Positions 19,658-28,431 of a DNA stretch of 64,000 bases are shown here, in pieces. The notes beneath the pieces are model-generated. The model worked only from the letters and a program-made list of their open reading frames with translations, did not search any database and was not told the DNA's origin. Position numbers and translations under genes: made by a program. Numbering within the stretch: position 1 is the first letter of the stretch; the number at the start of each line of letters is the position of its first letter. This stretch comes from Myxococcales bacterium (GTDB lineage Bacteria; Myxococcota_A; UBA9042). The DNA lies in the NCBI GenBank assembly GCA_023954815.1, contig JAGSHB010000002.1, forward strand, positions 21,990 to 85,989. The letters are read 5' to 3'.

Positions 19658-20317
19658 GTGCAGCTCGCCGACCGTCGACTCTGGCTCTGGGCAGCGGCCT
19701 TGCCTGCCGGCGCGCCGGTCGCGCTGTTGATCGACCGATGGATGAGCCGCCGGGCGCGCCAGCAGACCTTTGCTGCCGCAATCGACGTGCCTCAAGCCCA
19801 CGCCGCGCTGGTGCTGGGGGCGCGGGTCGGCGATCCCGAAGCTCCGCTGCCGTGCTTGGTCGATCGCCTGACAGCCGGTCTGGAGCTCTGGCAGCAGGGT
19901 CGCGTTTCCGTCATCGCGGTCAGCGGTGACGACGGTCAGTTGCGCCAGGATGAGGTCACGCCGATGGCGCGCTGGCTGCGGGCGAACGGGGTTCCCGCAG
20001 ACCACATCCTCGTCGACGGCGGAGCCTACCGCACGCTCGACAGCGTGGTCCGAGCCCGCCATCGCCTGGAGCTACAAAGCGTCGTGCTGTGTACCCAAGC
20101 CGACCATCTGCCGCGCGCGCTGTATCTCGCGAGCGCCGTCGGCCTGCCAGCTACGGGATTGGTCGCCGATCGCCGGGTCTACAAGGACTGGCTGCGCTCT
20201 CGCGTCTACGAAACCGCGTCACGCGCCATGGCAGTGGCCGACGTCAGGTTGCGCGGGGAACTCGCTCGCCAAAGACAGCGCGCATCGGCAGCCCGAGACG
20301 ACGTTGAGCAAAGCTGA
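19658..20317 (+). CDS. SanA/YdcF-family (DUF218) protein
   Basis: GTG at 19658 with GGAGG 5 nt upstream. N-terminal TM helix. DUF218 core (VIAVSGDDG...ILVDGGAYRTLDS). Confidence 0.6.
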   Translation: MQLADRRLWLWAAALPAGAPVALLIDRWMSRRARQQTFAAAIDVPQAHAALVLGARVGDPEAPLPCLVDRLTAGLELWQQGRVSVIAVSGDDGQLRQDEVTPMARWLRANGVPADHILVDGGAYRTLDSVVRARHRLELQSVVLCTQADHLPRALYLASAVGLPATGLVADRRVYKDWLRSRVYETASRAMAVADVRLRGELARQRQRASAARDDVEQS

Positions 20318-20333
20318 TCGCCAGCTTTCACCC

Positions 20334-20711
20334 CTAGTTTTCGGGCTCTTTGAGCAGAGGCTGCAACTCATCTGCCTCGATCAACGCGCGCAGATCACTC
20401 GCGCCCCCGACCAAAACGCCGCCCACGAAGACCATCGGGAAGGTCGGCCAACCCGTCCACATCTTGAGCGCGTTACGACGACGCCACTGGTTGAGGTACG
20501 AGCCATACTCCAGATAGACGTGGTCGACCCCCGCCTTGTTCAGCAAGAGGCGCGCCTTGATCGGATTGGGGTTCTGTTTCATGCCGACGACCACGACCTG
20601 ATTGGCTGCGACGGCCGACCGGACCTCGTCAACGATGTCGGAGTGACGACTGCCGATCTTGTGGCGGACTGCGGGATGGACTCTGTCTTCGGGTAAAATA
20701 TGACGTTGCAT
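20334..20711 (-). CDS. Glutaredoxin-fold protein lacking the active-site cysteine(s)
   Basis: ATG at 20711. The C-terminal half aligns to Grx (WPTFPMVFVGGVLVGGASDL). The CPYC/CGFS position reads GMKQNPNPIKA. Confidence 0.5.
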   Translation of the reverse strand: MQRHILPEDRVHPAVRHKIGSRHSDIVDEVRSAVAANQVVVVGMKQNPNPIKARLLLNKAGVDHVYLEYGSYLNQWRRRNALKMWTGWPTFPMVFVGGVLVGGASDLRALIEADELQPLLKEPEN

Positions 20712-20890
20712 CGGGCGGCTCCAGGATGAGGTGGGACCAAGAAAAGTCGGCAAACGCCGATGCGCAAGCAATTTTAGTGAGGTGCGCCCTCGCCCCTAGC
20801 GCGCGCGCAGGGACCGACTATGCTGCTAGGCCTCTGCGCGACACGAGCTTGGCCAACCGGCCACATTTTCCCCCGCGCTGACGAGGCTTG

Positions 20891-23503
20891 ATGAACGCTG
20901 CAACCCCCGTGAACGAAACGACCCTCTCCAAATTGCCAAACGGGCTCACGCTCATCACCCAACCCGTTCATGCAGCGCCCGTCGTGGCTTTCCAGGTGTG
21001 GATTCACGCTGGCGGGTTCGATGAACTGGACGGGGAGCGAGGCTTGGCTCACCTGCACGAGCACATGCTGTTCAAGGGCACACCGACACGCGGGGTGGGT
21101 GAAGTGGCGGCAGCTGTGGAGGCTGCCGGCGGTCATATCAACGCGTGGACCAGTCACGATCAGACCGTCTACCACGTGGTGATGCCGGCCCATGCCTGGA
21201 AGACCGGCTTGGATGTGCTGAGTGATGCGGTCTGCCACAGCCTATTTGATGCCGACGAGTTGAGCCGAGAGATCGAGGTGGTGGTCGAGGAGATCAAGCG
21301 CGCCGAAGACAGCCCAGGCCGGGTCGCGTGGCGGCAGATGTTTGGTCAGATCTTCACAGGACACCCCTATTCTCTACCGGTTTTGGGCACGATCGACTCG
21401 GTGCGCTCGATGACATCGGAGCGGATGAAGGCCTTCTGGGGCAAGCATTACGTGGCCAAGAATACGACCGTGGTCGCCGCTGGTGATCTCGATCCAGCCG
21501 AAGTCGCCCGCGAGGTCGAAGCGCGCTTTTCGGATTACGGTCTGTCGAGTGCCCAAGAAAAGCCGGCTTCCGCGCCGCCCAAACCCGAGCCCCTAGCAAC
21601 AATCACCCCCTCACAATTCAGCGAGACCCGAGCCATGGTGGCCTTTCCCGGTCCCGATCTCAGTCACGAAGACGTGGCGCCGCTCGATGTTTTTGCCCTG
21701 GTGCTCGGCCAAGGCGAGAGCTCTCGACTCTCGCGCTCCGTGCGCCGCGACTTGCAGCTTGCCAACGATATCAGCGCGTCTTGCTACACGCCGAGGTACG
21801 CCGGGGTGTTTTCGTTGGGGATGCTGACGGATGCCGAGCGAGTCGAAGCAGCCTTTGATGCGGGTCTGGCGGAACTTCAGCGCGCCCTGACGTTCGGTAT
21901 CACCGCCGAGGAGCTCGAAAAGGCGAAGAATCTCATCTTGGCCGAGGCGACCTACAAGCGTGAGACCGTGCAAGGCCTCGCCAACTCTGTGGGGTATTTC
22001 GCTGTGGCTTGTGGCGATCCCGCAGCTGAGCAGCGCTACTTCGATGCCGTGGCCAAGGTGACCTGCGAAGACGTACTCCGCGTCGCCCGGGCTTGGCTGA
22101 CGCCCGATCATGCACAAGTGGTCGTCCTGCTCGGCAAGGACGCAGAAGACGGCCCGACGCTACCCGAGCCCGCTGCGTGGCTCGCCAAGGTGACGGCGGC
22201 CGTGACTCAGATCGATCCAGCGGTCAGCGCGGGAACCCATGGCGGCTCCGAAGATATCGTCGATGGCATCGAGCGAATCGAGCTGCCCTCCGGAGATATC
22301 TTGCTGGTGCGTGCCGATGGCGGCGATGTGCCGGTGATGAGCTTGCGCGTCGCCGCGCTGGCCGGTCTGCGCACGGAGACGGCAGCCAATAGCGGACACG
22401 GTCGCATGCTGGCGGAGCTGCTCACGGCGGGCACATCACGGCGTACGAGCGAGGCGATTTCCCAGGCGGCGGAGTCCATGGCGTCCGATATTTCGGGCTT
22501 TTCGGGGCGAAATAGCATCGGCCTGACCATGCACAGCCTCACCCGCAACGGCGACGCGACGCTGGATCTGTTATTCGACTGCGTCAACAACGCGACGCTG
22601 CCGCAGTCCGAGATTGAGATCGTGCGCAAAGCCCAGCTTCAGGACATTCACCACGCCAGTGATGCGCCTGCCCGCACCGCATTCCGCGGGGCGCTAGAGG
22701 CCTTGTACGGCGATCATCCCTACGCGCTGGATTCACTGGGCACCGCCGAGAGCGTCACAGCCTTGGACCGCGACACCTTGCGGGGTCTGCTGAAAGGTCG
22801 GCTCGCCGGCGGCCAACCCGGGAGTCCTAGGCTTGTCTGGGCGGCTGCCGGTGATGTGAATGCGGCCGAGCTCGCCGCCAAGATCGCTGCGGCCAGTCCG
22901 TCCAGCGATGGCGCCTTGCCAGTGCCGGTCTCTCGGGATGCGTCGTTTCCGACCGAGCGCATCGAAGTGCGTCACGAGGCCGACAAGGCGCAGGCCCACG
23001 TTGTGCTGGCGTTCCCTGGTACCCGCCTCGATCACCCCGATCGCTTTCCGTTGGCCATCTTGTCGACGGTGCTGAGCGGTCAGGCCGGTCGCCTCTTCTT
23101 GCAGCTGCGTGACAAACAGTCGCTCGCCTACACCGTAAGCAGCATGAGCGCCGAGGGGCTCGATGCGGGACACTTTGCCTTTTACATCGGCACCTCACCC
23201 GACAAGGTCGACACCGCCCTTAGCGGGCTCTACGGCGAGATCGACAAGGTGCTGCAAACCCAGATCACCGCCGACGAGCTCGACCGTGCCAAGCAGCTGC
23301 TGTCGGGCGGTCACGCCATTGGCCTGCAGCGCTCAGGCGCGCGTGCGGCGACGATCGGCTTCAACGAGCTCTACGGCCTGCCGCGCGGTGCCTGGAGCGC
23401 CTGGTTGAGCCAGATGATGGCGGTCACCGCGGCAGACGTGCAGGCGGCGGCGCGGCGCTACCTCACGGTCGGTCAGCATGTCGAAGCTGTGCTCAAGCCG
23501 TAG
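20891..23503 (+). CDS. Two-module M16 (pitrilysin/insulinase) family zinc peptidase
   Basis: HxxEH-type motif region (LAHLHEHMLFKGT). Two M16 active/inactive domain pairs. 870 aa. Confidence 0.8.
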   Translation: MNAATPVNETTLSKLPNGLTLITQPVHAAPVVAFQVWIHAGGFDELDGERGLAHLHEHMLFKGTPTRGVGEVAAAVEAAGGHINAWTSHDQTVYHVVMPAHAWKTGLDVLSDAVCHSLFDADELSREIEVVVEEIKRAEDSPGRVAWRQMFGQIFTGHPYSLPVLGTIDSVRSMTSERMKAFWGKHYVAKNTTVVAAGDLDPAEVAREVEARFSDYGLSSAQEKPASAPPKPEPLATITPSQFSETRAMVAFPGPDLSHEDVAPLDVFALVLGQGESSRLSRSVRRDLQLANDISASCYTPRYAGVFSLGMLTDAERVEAAFDAGLAELQRALTFGITAEELEKAKNLILAEATYKRETVQGLANSVGYFAVACGDPAAEQRYFDAVAKVTCEDVLRVARAWLTPDHAQVVVLLGKDAEDGPTLPEPAAWLAKVTAAVTQIDPAVSAGTHGGSEDIVDGIERIELPSGDILLVRADGGDVPVMSLRVAALAGLRTETAANSGHGRMLAELLTAGTSRRTSEAISQAAESMASDISGFSGRNSIGLTMHSLTRNGDATLDLLFDCVNNATLPQSEIEIVRKAQLQDIHHASDAPARTAFRGALEALYGDHPYALDSLGTAESVTALDRDTLRGLLKGRLAGGQPGSPRLVWAAAGDVNAAELAAKIAAASPSSDGALPVPVSRDASFPTERIEVRHEADKAQAHVVLAFPGTRLDHPDRFPLAILSTVLSGQAGRLFLQLRDKQSLAYTVSSMSAEGLDAGHFAFYIGTSPDKVDTALSGLYGEIDKVLQTQITADELDRAKQLLSGGHAIGLQRSGARAATIGFNELYGLPRGAWSAWLSQMMAVTAADVQAAARRYLTVGQHVEAVLKP

Positions 23504-23596
23504 CTACTCTTGAGCCGTAAATGCGCGAAAGACCTGATTTCGTGGGTAATAACTGCGCAAAACGGCTGCATAAATACCGACGACGCTACAATCCAA

Positions 23597-23627
23597 AGCG
23601 GCTGAGGCCTTGTTGGCCCCAGCCGCG
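23597..23627. terminator. GC-rich hairpin between convergent genes (M16 peptidase and propeller-CCP)
   Basis: GCGGCTGAGGCC-ttgtt-GGCCCCAGCCGC: a 12-bp stem with one mismatch. No clear U-tract. Confidence 0.3.
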
Positions 23628-23652
23628 CTGGATCATGTGTGCCGCGAAGGAA

Positions 23653-25860
23653 CTACAGGGTCTTTAGGTAGGCGACCAGGTCATCGAGTTGCGCCTCGGA
23701 CAGGTGGTCGGTGTGGCCCATGGTCTTCGCCGTCATCTTGAGCGCCTCTTTGAGTGTACGTGCCCGGCCGTTGTGGAAGTACGGCGCTGTATGCCAAACG
23801 CCACGTAAGCTGGGCGTATCGTAGGGCAGCGGCACGTCCGTCCACTTCACGGCGACCTTGCTCTCATTGGCGATGCGCTGCGCCACCAAGAGCCGTTCGG
23901 CGGTGTCTGCGATCCCGACGTCAAAGCTCTTCGCGTTGGTGCCTGTCCCATTGGTGTGACACGTCGCGCAGGCCACCTTTGGATCGAAAAACAGCTTCTT
24001 GCCCCGGGTCGCGGCCGCCGACAGCTGCTGCGACTGACGGTTCGGATTGGGCGGTGGCACCAGTCCCTGGGTCAAGAACGCCTCCAGCGCCGCGAGGTCA
24101 TCAGCCTTCAACCCCTTGCCGCCCATACGCTCGATGGTCTTGCCCATGTTGTTCTTCAGGGCATGTTCTGTGCCCTTCCAGTTAAATGGCGCCGTCCCCA
24201 GCAAGCGACCGGCGAGGGCTGGCGTCTGCCTTGGCTCCCCGTCGACAAACCAGACCTTCTTGTCCTCGTCGCCCTCAAAGTGACAGCTCGCACACGCGAA
24301 GCGGCTCGCCTCGGAGATGCCCTGGTTGGGGGTGTGGTGGAAGATGCGGCGCCCCTTGCGCAACAGTGGCGGCAGGGGATCGATGCCGTATGCCGCTTGG
24401 GTGGACACGAAAGTCAGCATCGGCGCTTTCAGGCGTTTGCTTGAACTAAAGGCCTGACTAGGCGTCGTAACCGCACGAGCGATCAGCGGGGCGACATCGA
24501 CCCGGCTAACCGTGAAGTCGTGGCCGTTGAGTACATAGGCCGTCTTGCCGTCGGCGCTCAGCGCCAAGCCACGGGGGCCCTGACCGACGTTGATCGCAGC
24601 CAGAGGCGCGGTGATCGGATCTTTCACGGCCGTGTTCAGCGCGAGCACGTTGTCGGTACCCGTCGCCACCAAGAAGGCCACACTCACCGACGGATGATGA
24701 ACCAAGTCGACAGGCTGATCGAAACGACTGAGGAAATCGCGGTGGGTCTCTGGATCACGCACCGGCGACGAGCCTCCGAAGTGTTTCACCTGACCCAAAC
24801 TCGCCACGCGCGGCGTCACGCTCACCTGCATCGGACGCTGCGGAATCTGCGAGCAAGCGCTCGAGCCTCCGTAACCACCGGACGACGCTTTCTGTACGTT
24901 GGTCTGTGCAACACCCCGGTTTTGCAGAGTGTGACCGACGAGGTAGCCGCCGCCTGGCGTGCCCGCAAGAGCCACCGAACGACTCGCACGATCCGTCTGA
25001 GGCTCCGTGCTCGCGCCCTGATTGACCGTGCCCTTGGACATGAAGGCGCCCGGCTCAGTCGGGTTGTGACTGCGCAGCATGCGCAGCTGAGAAGGACCGG
25101 TTTTCGGCGTGCCTTTATTCAAATCACTCAGCTTGATCTCAGAGACGCGACCCCACTCGTGGCTCACGGCGAGGTGCGGGCTGATGCTGTCGGTGCCCGT
25201 CACCACCAAGACGCGGCGAGGACGCGGCGCCGTCTTGACCGATAGCAGCTGCGTGCCCGTGTCCGTCCGCAGGGCCAACACCCGATCTTCCCCCGAAAGT
25301 GCGACCCAGAGACGACTCTCATCGGCGCTGAGCGCAAGACCGACCGGCGCAACGCCCACGGGCCACGTCTGGGCCGTTTTCGCACCCTTGGCGATCTTGG
25401 CGACCACGCCGGCGTGCCGCAGCGACACGAACGCAGTGCCATCCGCAGTCACAGTCACCAACTCAGGGCGACCTGCCAAAGCGATGGTGCGCTTGGTCTT
25501 GAGCGTCTCGCCGTCGAGTACGACCAACTTGTCGTTGTCTCTATCGACCGCAAACACCTCGCCCTGGTGAAAAGCGATGGCATGACCGGTCTGGCGCGCT
25601 GGCGTCGGCAGCGTCTCCGCTCCGAGCACAATCGGTGCCGGCATGGGCATCTTTCCCAGTCCAGGCGGTAGCGCATCAGTCGGCAACCCCTTGAATTTGA
25701 GTGGCTCGCACGCCGGAGCGCCAGGTGTCGGCATCGGCATCGGCTCGACGACGCTGGGCTCCTCAATGGTGCAGCCCGCAGGCGAGAGCAAGAGCAACGC
25801 CGCAGCCCAAAGGGGCGAACGCTGCAGGCGGGTAAACAGGGCGGGGTGAGTCACATTCAT
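23653..25860 (-). CDS. Lipoprotein with N-terminal beta-propeller fused to C-terminal di-haem cytochrome c peroxidase (CCP/MauG family) domain
   Basis: Signal peptide. Repeated propeller blades (LALSADG..Y-type). Two CxxCH (CASCH, CATCH). CCP signatures GTAPFNWKG and PSLRGVWHTAPYFHNG. Confidence 0.8.
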   Translation of the reverse strand: MNVTHPALFTRLQRSPLWAAALLLLSPAGCTIEEPSVVEPMPMPTPGAPACEPLKFKGLPTDALPPGLGKMPMPAPIVLGAETLPTPARQTGHAIAFHQGEVFAVDRDNDKLVVLDGETLKTKRTIALAGRPELVTVTADGTAFVSLRHAGVVAKIAKGAKTAQTWPVGVAPVGLALSADESRLWVALSGEDRVLALRTDTGTQLLSVKTAPRPRRVLVVTGTDSISPHLAVSHEWGRVSEIKLSDLNKGTPKTGPSQLRMLRSHNPTEPGAFMSKGTVNQGASTEPQTDRASRSVALAGTPGGGYLVGHTLQNRGVAQTNVQKASSGGYGGSSACSQIPQRPMQVSVTPRVASLGQVKHFGGSSPVRDPETHRDFLSRFDQPVDLVHHPSVSVAFLVATGTDNVLALNTAVKDPITAPLAAINVGQGPRGLALSADGKTAYVLNGHDFTVSRVDVAPLIARAVTTPSQAFSSSKRLKAPMLTFVSTQAAYGIDPLPPLLRKGRRIFHHTPNQGISEASRFACASCHFEGDEDKKVWFVDGEPRQTPALAGRLLGTAPFNWKGTEHALKNNMGKTIERMGGKGLKADDLAALEAFLTQGLVPPPNPNRQSQQLSAAATRGKKLFFDPKVACATCHTNGTGTNAKSFDVGIADTAERLLVAQRIANESKVAVKWTDVPLPYDTPSLRGVWHTAPYFHNGRARTLKEALKMTAKTMGHTDHLSEAQLDDLVAYLKTL

Positions 25861-25949
25861 AAGGTGTTCTCCTGAGGGTCTCCCTCAGATGAAAGCAAGG
25901 TCCATGCCACGACGCCAGCGTCTTATCCTACTATACCGGGATCACTCCT

Positions 25950-26042
25950 GTTTATTTCATCGTATTGGATAAGTTTTGGCAGCGACCTCCCCCAAAGCGA
26001 CCACACCTGTCCCGCTCGTGTGTTGTACACGATGAAATAATA
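25950..26042. promoter_or_regulatory. AT-rich island with inverted repeats in divergent promoter region
   Basis: TTATTTCATCGT (about 25952) and ACGATGAAATAA (about 26029) form a 12-nt perfect inverted repeat about 60 bp apart. A flanking CTTATCC/GGATAAG inverted repeat. Local GC far below the window average. Confidence 0.35.
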
Positions 26043-26122
26043 CACATATATGTTGAAAAAATACCCACGCTGTTGAGCTGGTTCAGTTGACGGAAGTGTG
26101 TGGGAGCACGCACGCTACGGCC

Positions 26123-27106
26123 ATGAAAAGACGACTCCGAGCCGTGCCGTGGGCCACGGCAATCCTGCTGCCCTTGACCCTCCTCACCTCCTGCGAACCC
26201 AATCGCGAGGCGCCGACGCTGTCTTGTAAGAGTTCAGCGCAGTGTCCCGCCGGGGGAACGCATTTCTGCAATCTGGCGACGAACACCTGCGAGAGCTGCG
26301 CTGGCGGTGGCTGTGCTGTGTCAGATGCGGGTAGCGACGCGGTCGTGGCAGACACGGGCGGCACAGATGCGGGCAGCACAGATGCGGTCTCGGCTGACAC
26401 ATCTACGGCCGACGCCAGCGCGACAGATGCGGCGGCGACAGATAGCATTTCTGCGGATGTGACGGGCTCCGATGCGCTGGCGCCGGACGCGCCTGACGCA
26501 TTGGCAGACGCTGTGTCCAGCGACACCATTGCGACAGACATTGCCGATAGTGATGCGGATGCGAGCAACGATACGGATGCCGGCGGCGACACAGATGTTG
26601 CGGCGGCTGATGGCGCAAGCGCGTGCGGTCACCCGGCGCAATGTGTCGGCGCGGCGATGCCAAGCTGGAAGCTGACCGATGTTCAGCCGAAAAGTCCGAA
26701 ATTCAAGACGGTCTACGGCCTATCCGGCTTTGTCGGCAAGGTGACGGTGGTCGCGTTATTAGCAGGCTGGTGAAGCTTCTGCGTTTCCCAGGCTGGGAAA
26801 CTAAACGACCTCAAAAAAGAACTCGATACCCTCAACAAGTCCGTTCATTTTGCCGCAGTCAACGCCATTAGCGCCGACTCTCCTGCCGACCAAGCGTCTC
26901 TCACTGGCGTGGCTACATTCCCGATTTTCCAGGATGTGACCGCAGTCAAAGCGTGGGAGAGCACGGGCGGCAACAAGGACGACATCTACATCTACGACAG
27001 CAAGGGCAAGCTCGCCCACTACCTGCCAGTCATCGGATCCGTCGATACCGACCTATCCGCCGGCGGCTATGCAGCGCTGAAGAAGCTCATTTTGGCGACG
27101 AAGTAG
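26123..27106 (+). CDS. Candidate selenoprotein: lipoprotein with low-complexity linker and TlpA/redoxin-like thioredoxin-fold domain, in-frame TGA (26771..26773) read as Sec in a UxxC motif
   Basis: ORFs 26087..26773 and 26909..27106 share the same frame, with no ATG/GTG/TTG and no stop between them. The TGA replaces the first Cys of the GKVTVVALLAGW-[TGA]-SFC motif. The downstream sequence completes the Trx fold (TFPIFQD...DDIYIYDSKGKL). ATG at 26123, lipobox LLTSC. Confidence 0.6.
26783..26801 (+). other. SECIS-like hairpin downstream of the in-frame TGA
   Basis: gUUUCCCA-GGC-UGGGAAAc: an 8-bp stem with a GGC loop that begins 10 nt after the UGA. The apical G lies about 20 nt from the UGA, within the bSECIS range. 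Confidence 0.4.
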
Positions 27107-28232
27107 GCTTATCTACCTTCTTCTTCCCGCCGCCGATGAGCCTCTTGCTTAGGTTATCGTAAAATATTGCGACGTTATTGGCGCGCAGCAGATCGATTGC
27201 GCGAATCTGCACGTCGCGAATCCGCACCCCCGTTAAAATGCCCTGCGCGATGTCCGCCCGGACTTTGGGATCGGTGAGCTTGCCATCCAGGGCGGGCTCG
27301 ATGCGATCGAGGCGCACGATGTGCCAGCCGTGAGGCGTGCGAATGGGCTCGCCGATGGTCCCCGGCTTGATCTTGGCGACGCCGAGCACATAGGACTCGA
27401 GCATCAGATCGTAGTCGCCCTGCTGATCGTAGGGCTTGGAGTCATCGTAGAAGTAGCTGATGTCGTTGCAGGTCACGGACGGAAACTCGCCGGTCATGTT
27501 GCGAACGCGCCCACACATGTGCTCCGGCGTCTTCGGTGGATTGGCCGTGAGCTTGCCGTAAAGCTCGTAGGCCATCGGCTGCAACTTGGTGATACAGGCC
27601 TGCGCGGTGGGGTCGATCTTGCAGCGACGCCAGTCTCCCTGGCAGCAGAGCAGCTGCGCATCGGTGACCCACCACCCCTTGGCGTGGGAATACCGCACCC
27701 GGATCGGGCTGCGTCGCCAGGCACGATCGATGTCCGCCGCCTTGACCTGCTTGGCGGTGTATTTCTCCTCAAATTCGATGCGCAACAGTCGCCGAACCAA
27801 GGCGCGTTTGTAGGGGCGAATCAGCCACCTCGCCCACAGTCCGTCTTTCTGGGCCTTCTGAGCGAGCACTTCGGCCCGAACCAGCGCATGGACAACATCC
27901 CGATTGCTGATGTGAGCAGGATAGGCGGAGCGCACCCGATCAAAATCAGCTCGAGTCACCGCTACACCGGCAACACAGGCGAGTTGATCTGGCGCTGGAA
28001 CGCCTATTTTACAAGACTTTCGCGCCCAGGGCGCTGCTGGGGAGATCCCTGTACTGGGCAGCTGCCAATGCCGACCCGCGACGGGTCCAGTTGTGTCAGG
28101 TGCCACCTCACAGCCCCCGATCAATGCCAGACAGGCTCCCAAGACCAACACAACCGCCCGCCCGATGGGATGGGTGGGCGCGCGCGTGCTGCGGTCAATT
28201 GGGGCGGTTCGGTACGGCGACTTGTTAGCCAT
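27087..28232 (-). CDS. Parvulin-type PPIase putative lipoprotein
   Basis: ATG at 28232. Signal with LIGGC. PpiC-like motif TPHGWHIVRL. Lys-rich C-terminal tail. 3' end overlaps the selenoprotein candidate 3' end by 20 nt, convergently. Confidence 0.65.
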   Translation of the reverse strand: MANKSPYRTAPIDRSTRAPTHPIGRAVVLVLGACLALIGGCEVAPDTTGPVAGRHWQLPSTGISPAAPWARKSCKIGVPAPDQLACVAGVAVTRADFDRVRSAYPAHISNRDVVHALVRAEVLAQKAQKDGLWARWLIRPYKRALVRRLLRIEFEEKYTAKQVKAADIDRAWRRSPIRVRYSHAKGWWVTDAQLLCCQGDWRRCKIDPTAQACITKLQPMAYELYGKLTANPPKTPEHMCGRVRNMTGEFPSVTCNDISYFYDDSKPYDQQGDYDLMLESYVLGVAKIKPGTIGEPIRTPHGWHIVRLDRIEPALDGKLTDPKVRADIAQGILTGVRIRDVQIRAIDLLRANNVAIFYDNLSKRLIGGGKKKVDKPTSSPK

Positions 28233-28233
28233 G

Positions 28234-28431
28234 TCACTCCTCTTTGCCCGGAAGTGCAACGCCTTGTGCGCCCGCAGTCAACTCCACAGCAGCACGCGCT
28301 GTCACCCAGGCCATAGCCAAACCAAGACCAGCGCCAAGGGGATCGCCAGCGTCCAGTGCACGGAGCCCAAAGCCGATGGGTACGCAGGAAAGGACGGCAA
28401 GGATGAGGCCGACGATCTTCATGCTGTTCAT
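28234..28431 (-). CDS. Small hydrophobic protein (65 aa), translationally coupled
   Basis: ATG at 28431 overlaps the upstream stop (ATGA). Two predicted TM segments. Stop lies 1 nt before the PPIase start. Confidence 0.4.
   Translation of the reverse strand: MNSMKIVGLILAVLSCVPIGFGLRALDAGDPLGAGLGLAMAWVTARAAVELTAGAQGVALPGKEE

Noticed and set aside
26083-26675. Multiple overlapping ORFs on both strands in the Asp/Ala/Thr-rich linker region
   Set aside because: All are alternative-frame readings of the GAT/GCG/ACA-rich low-complexity linker of the selenoprotein candidate. Only the plus frame connects the lipoprotein signal to the Trx domain.
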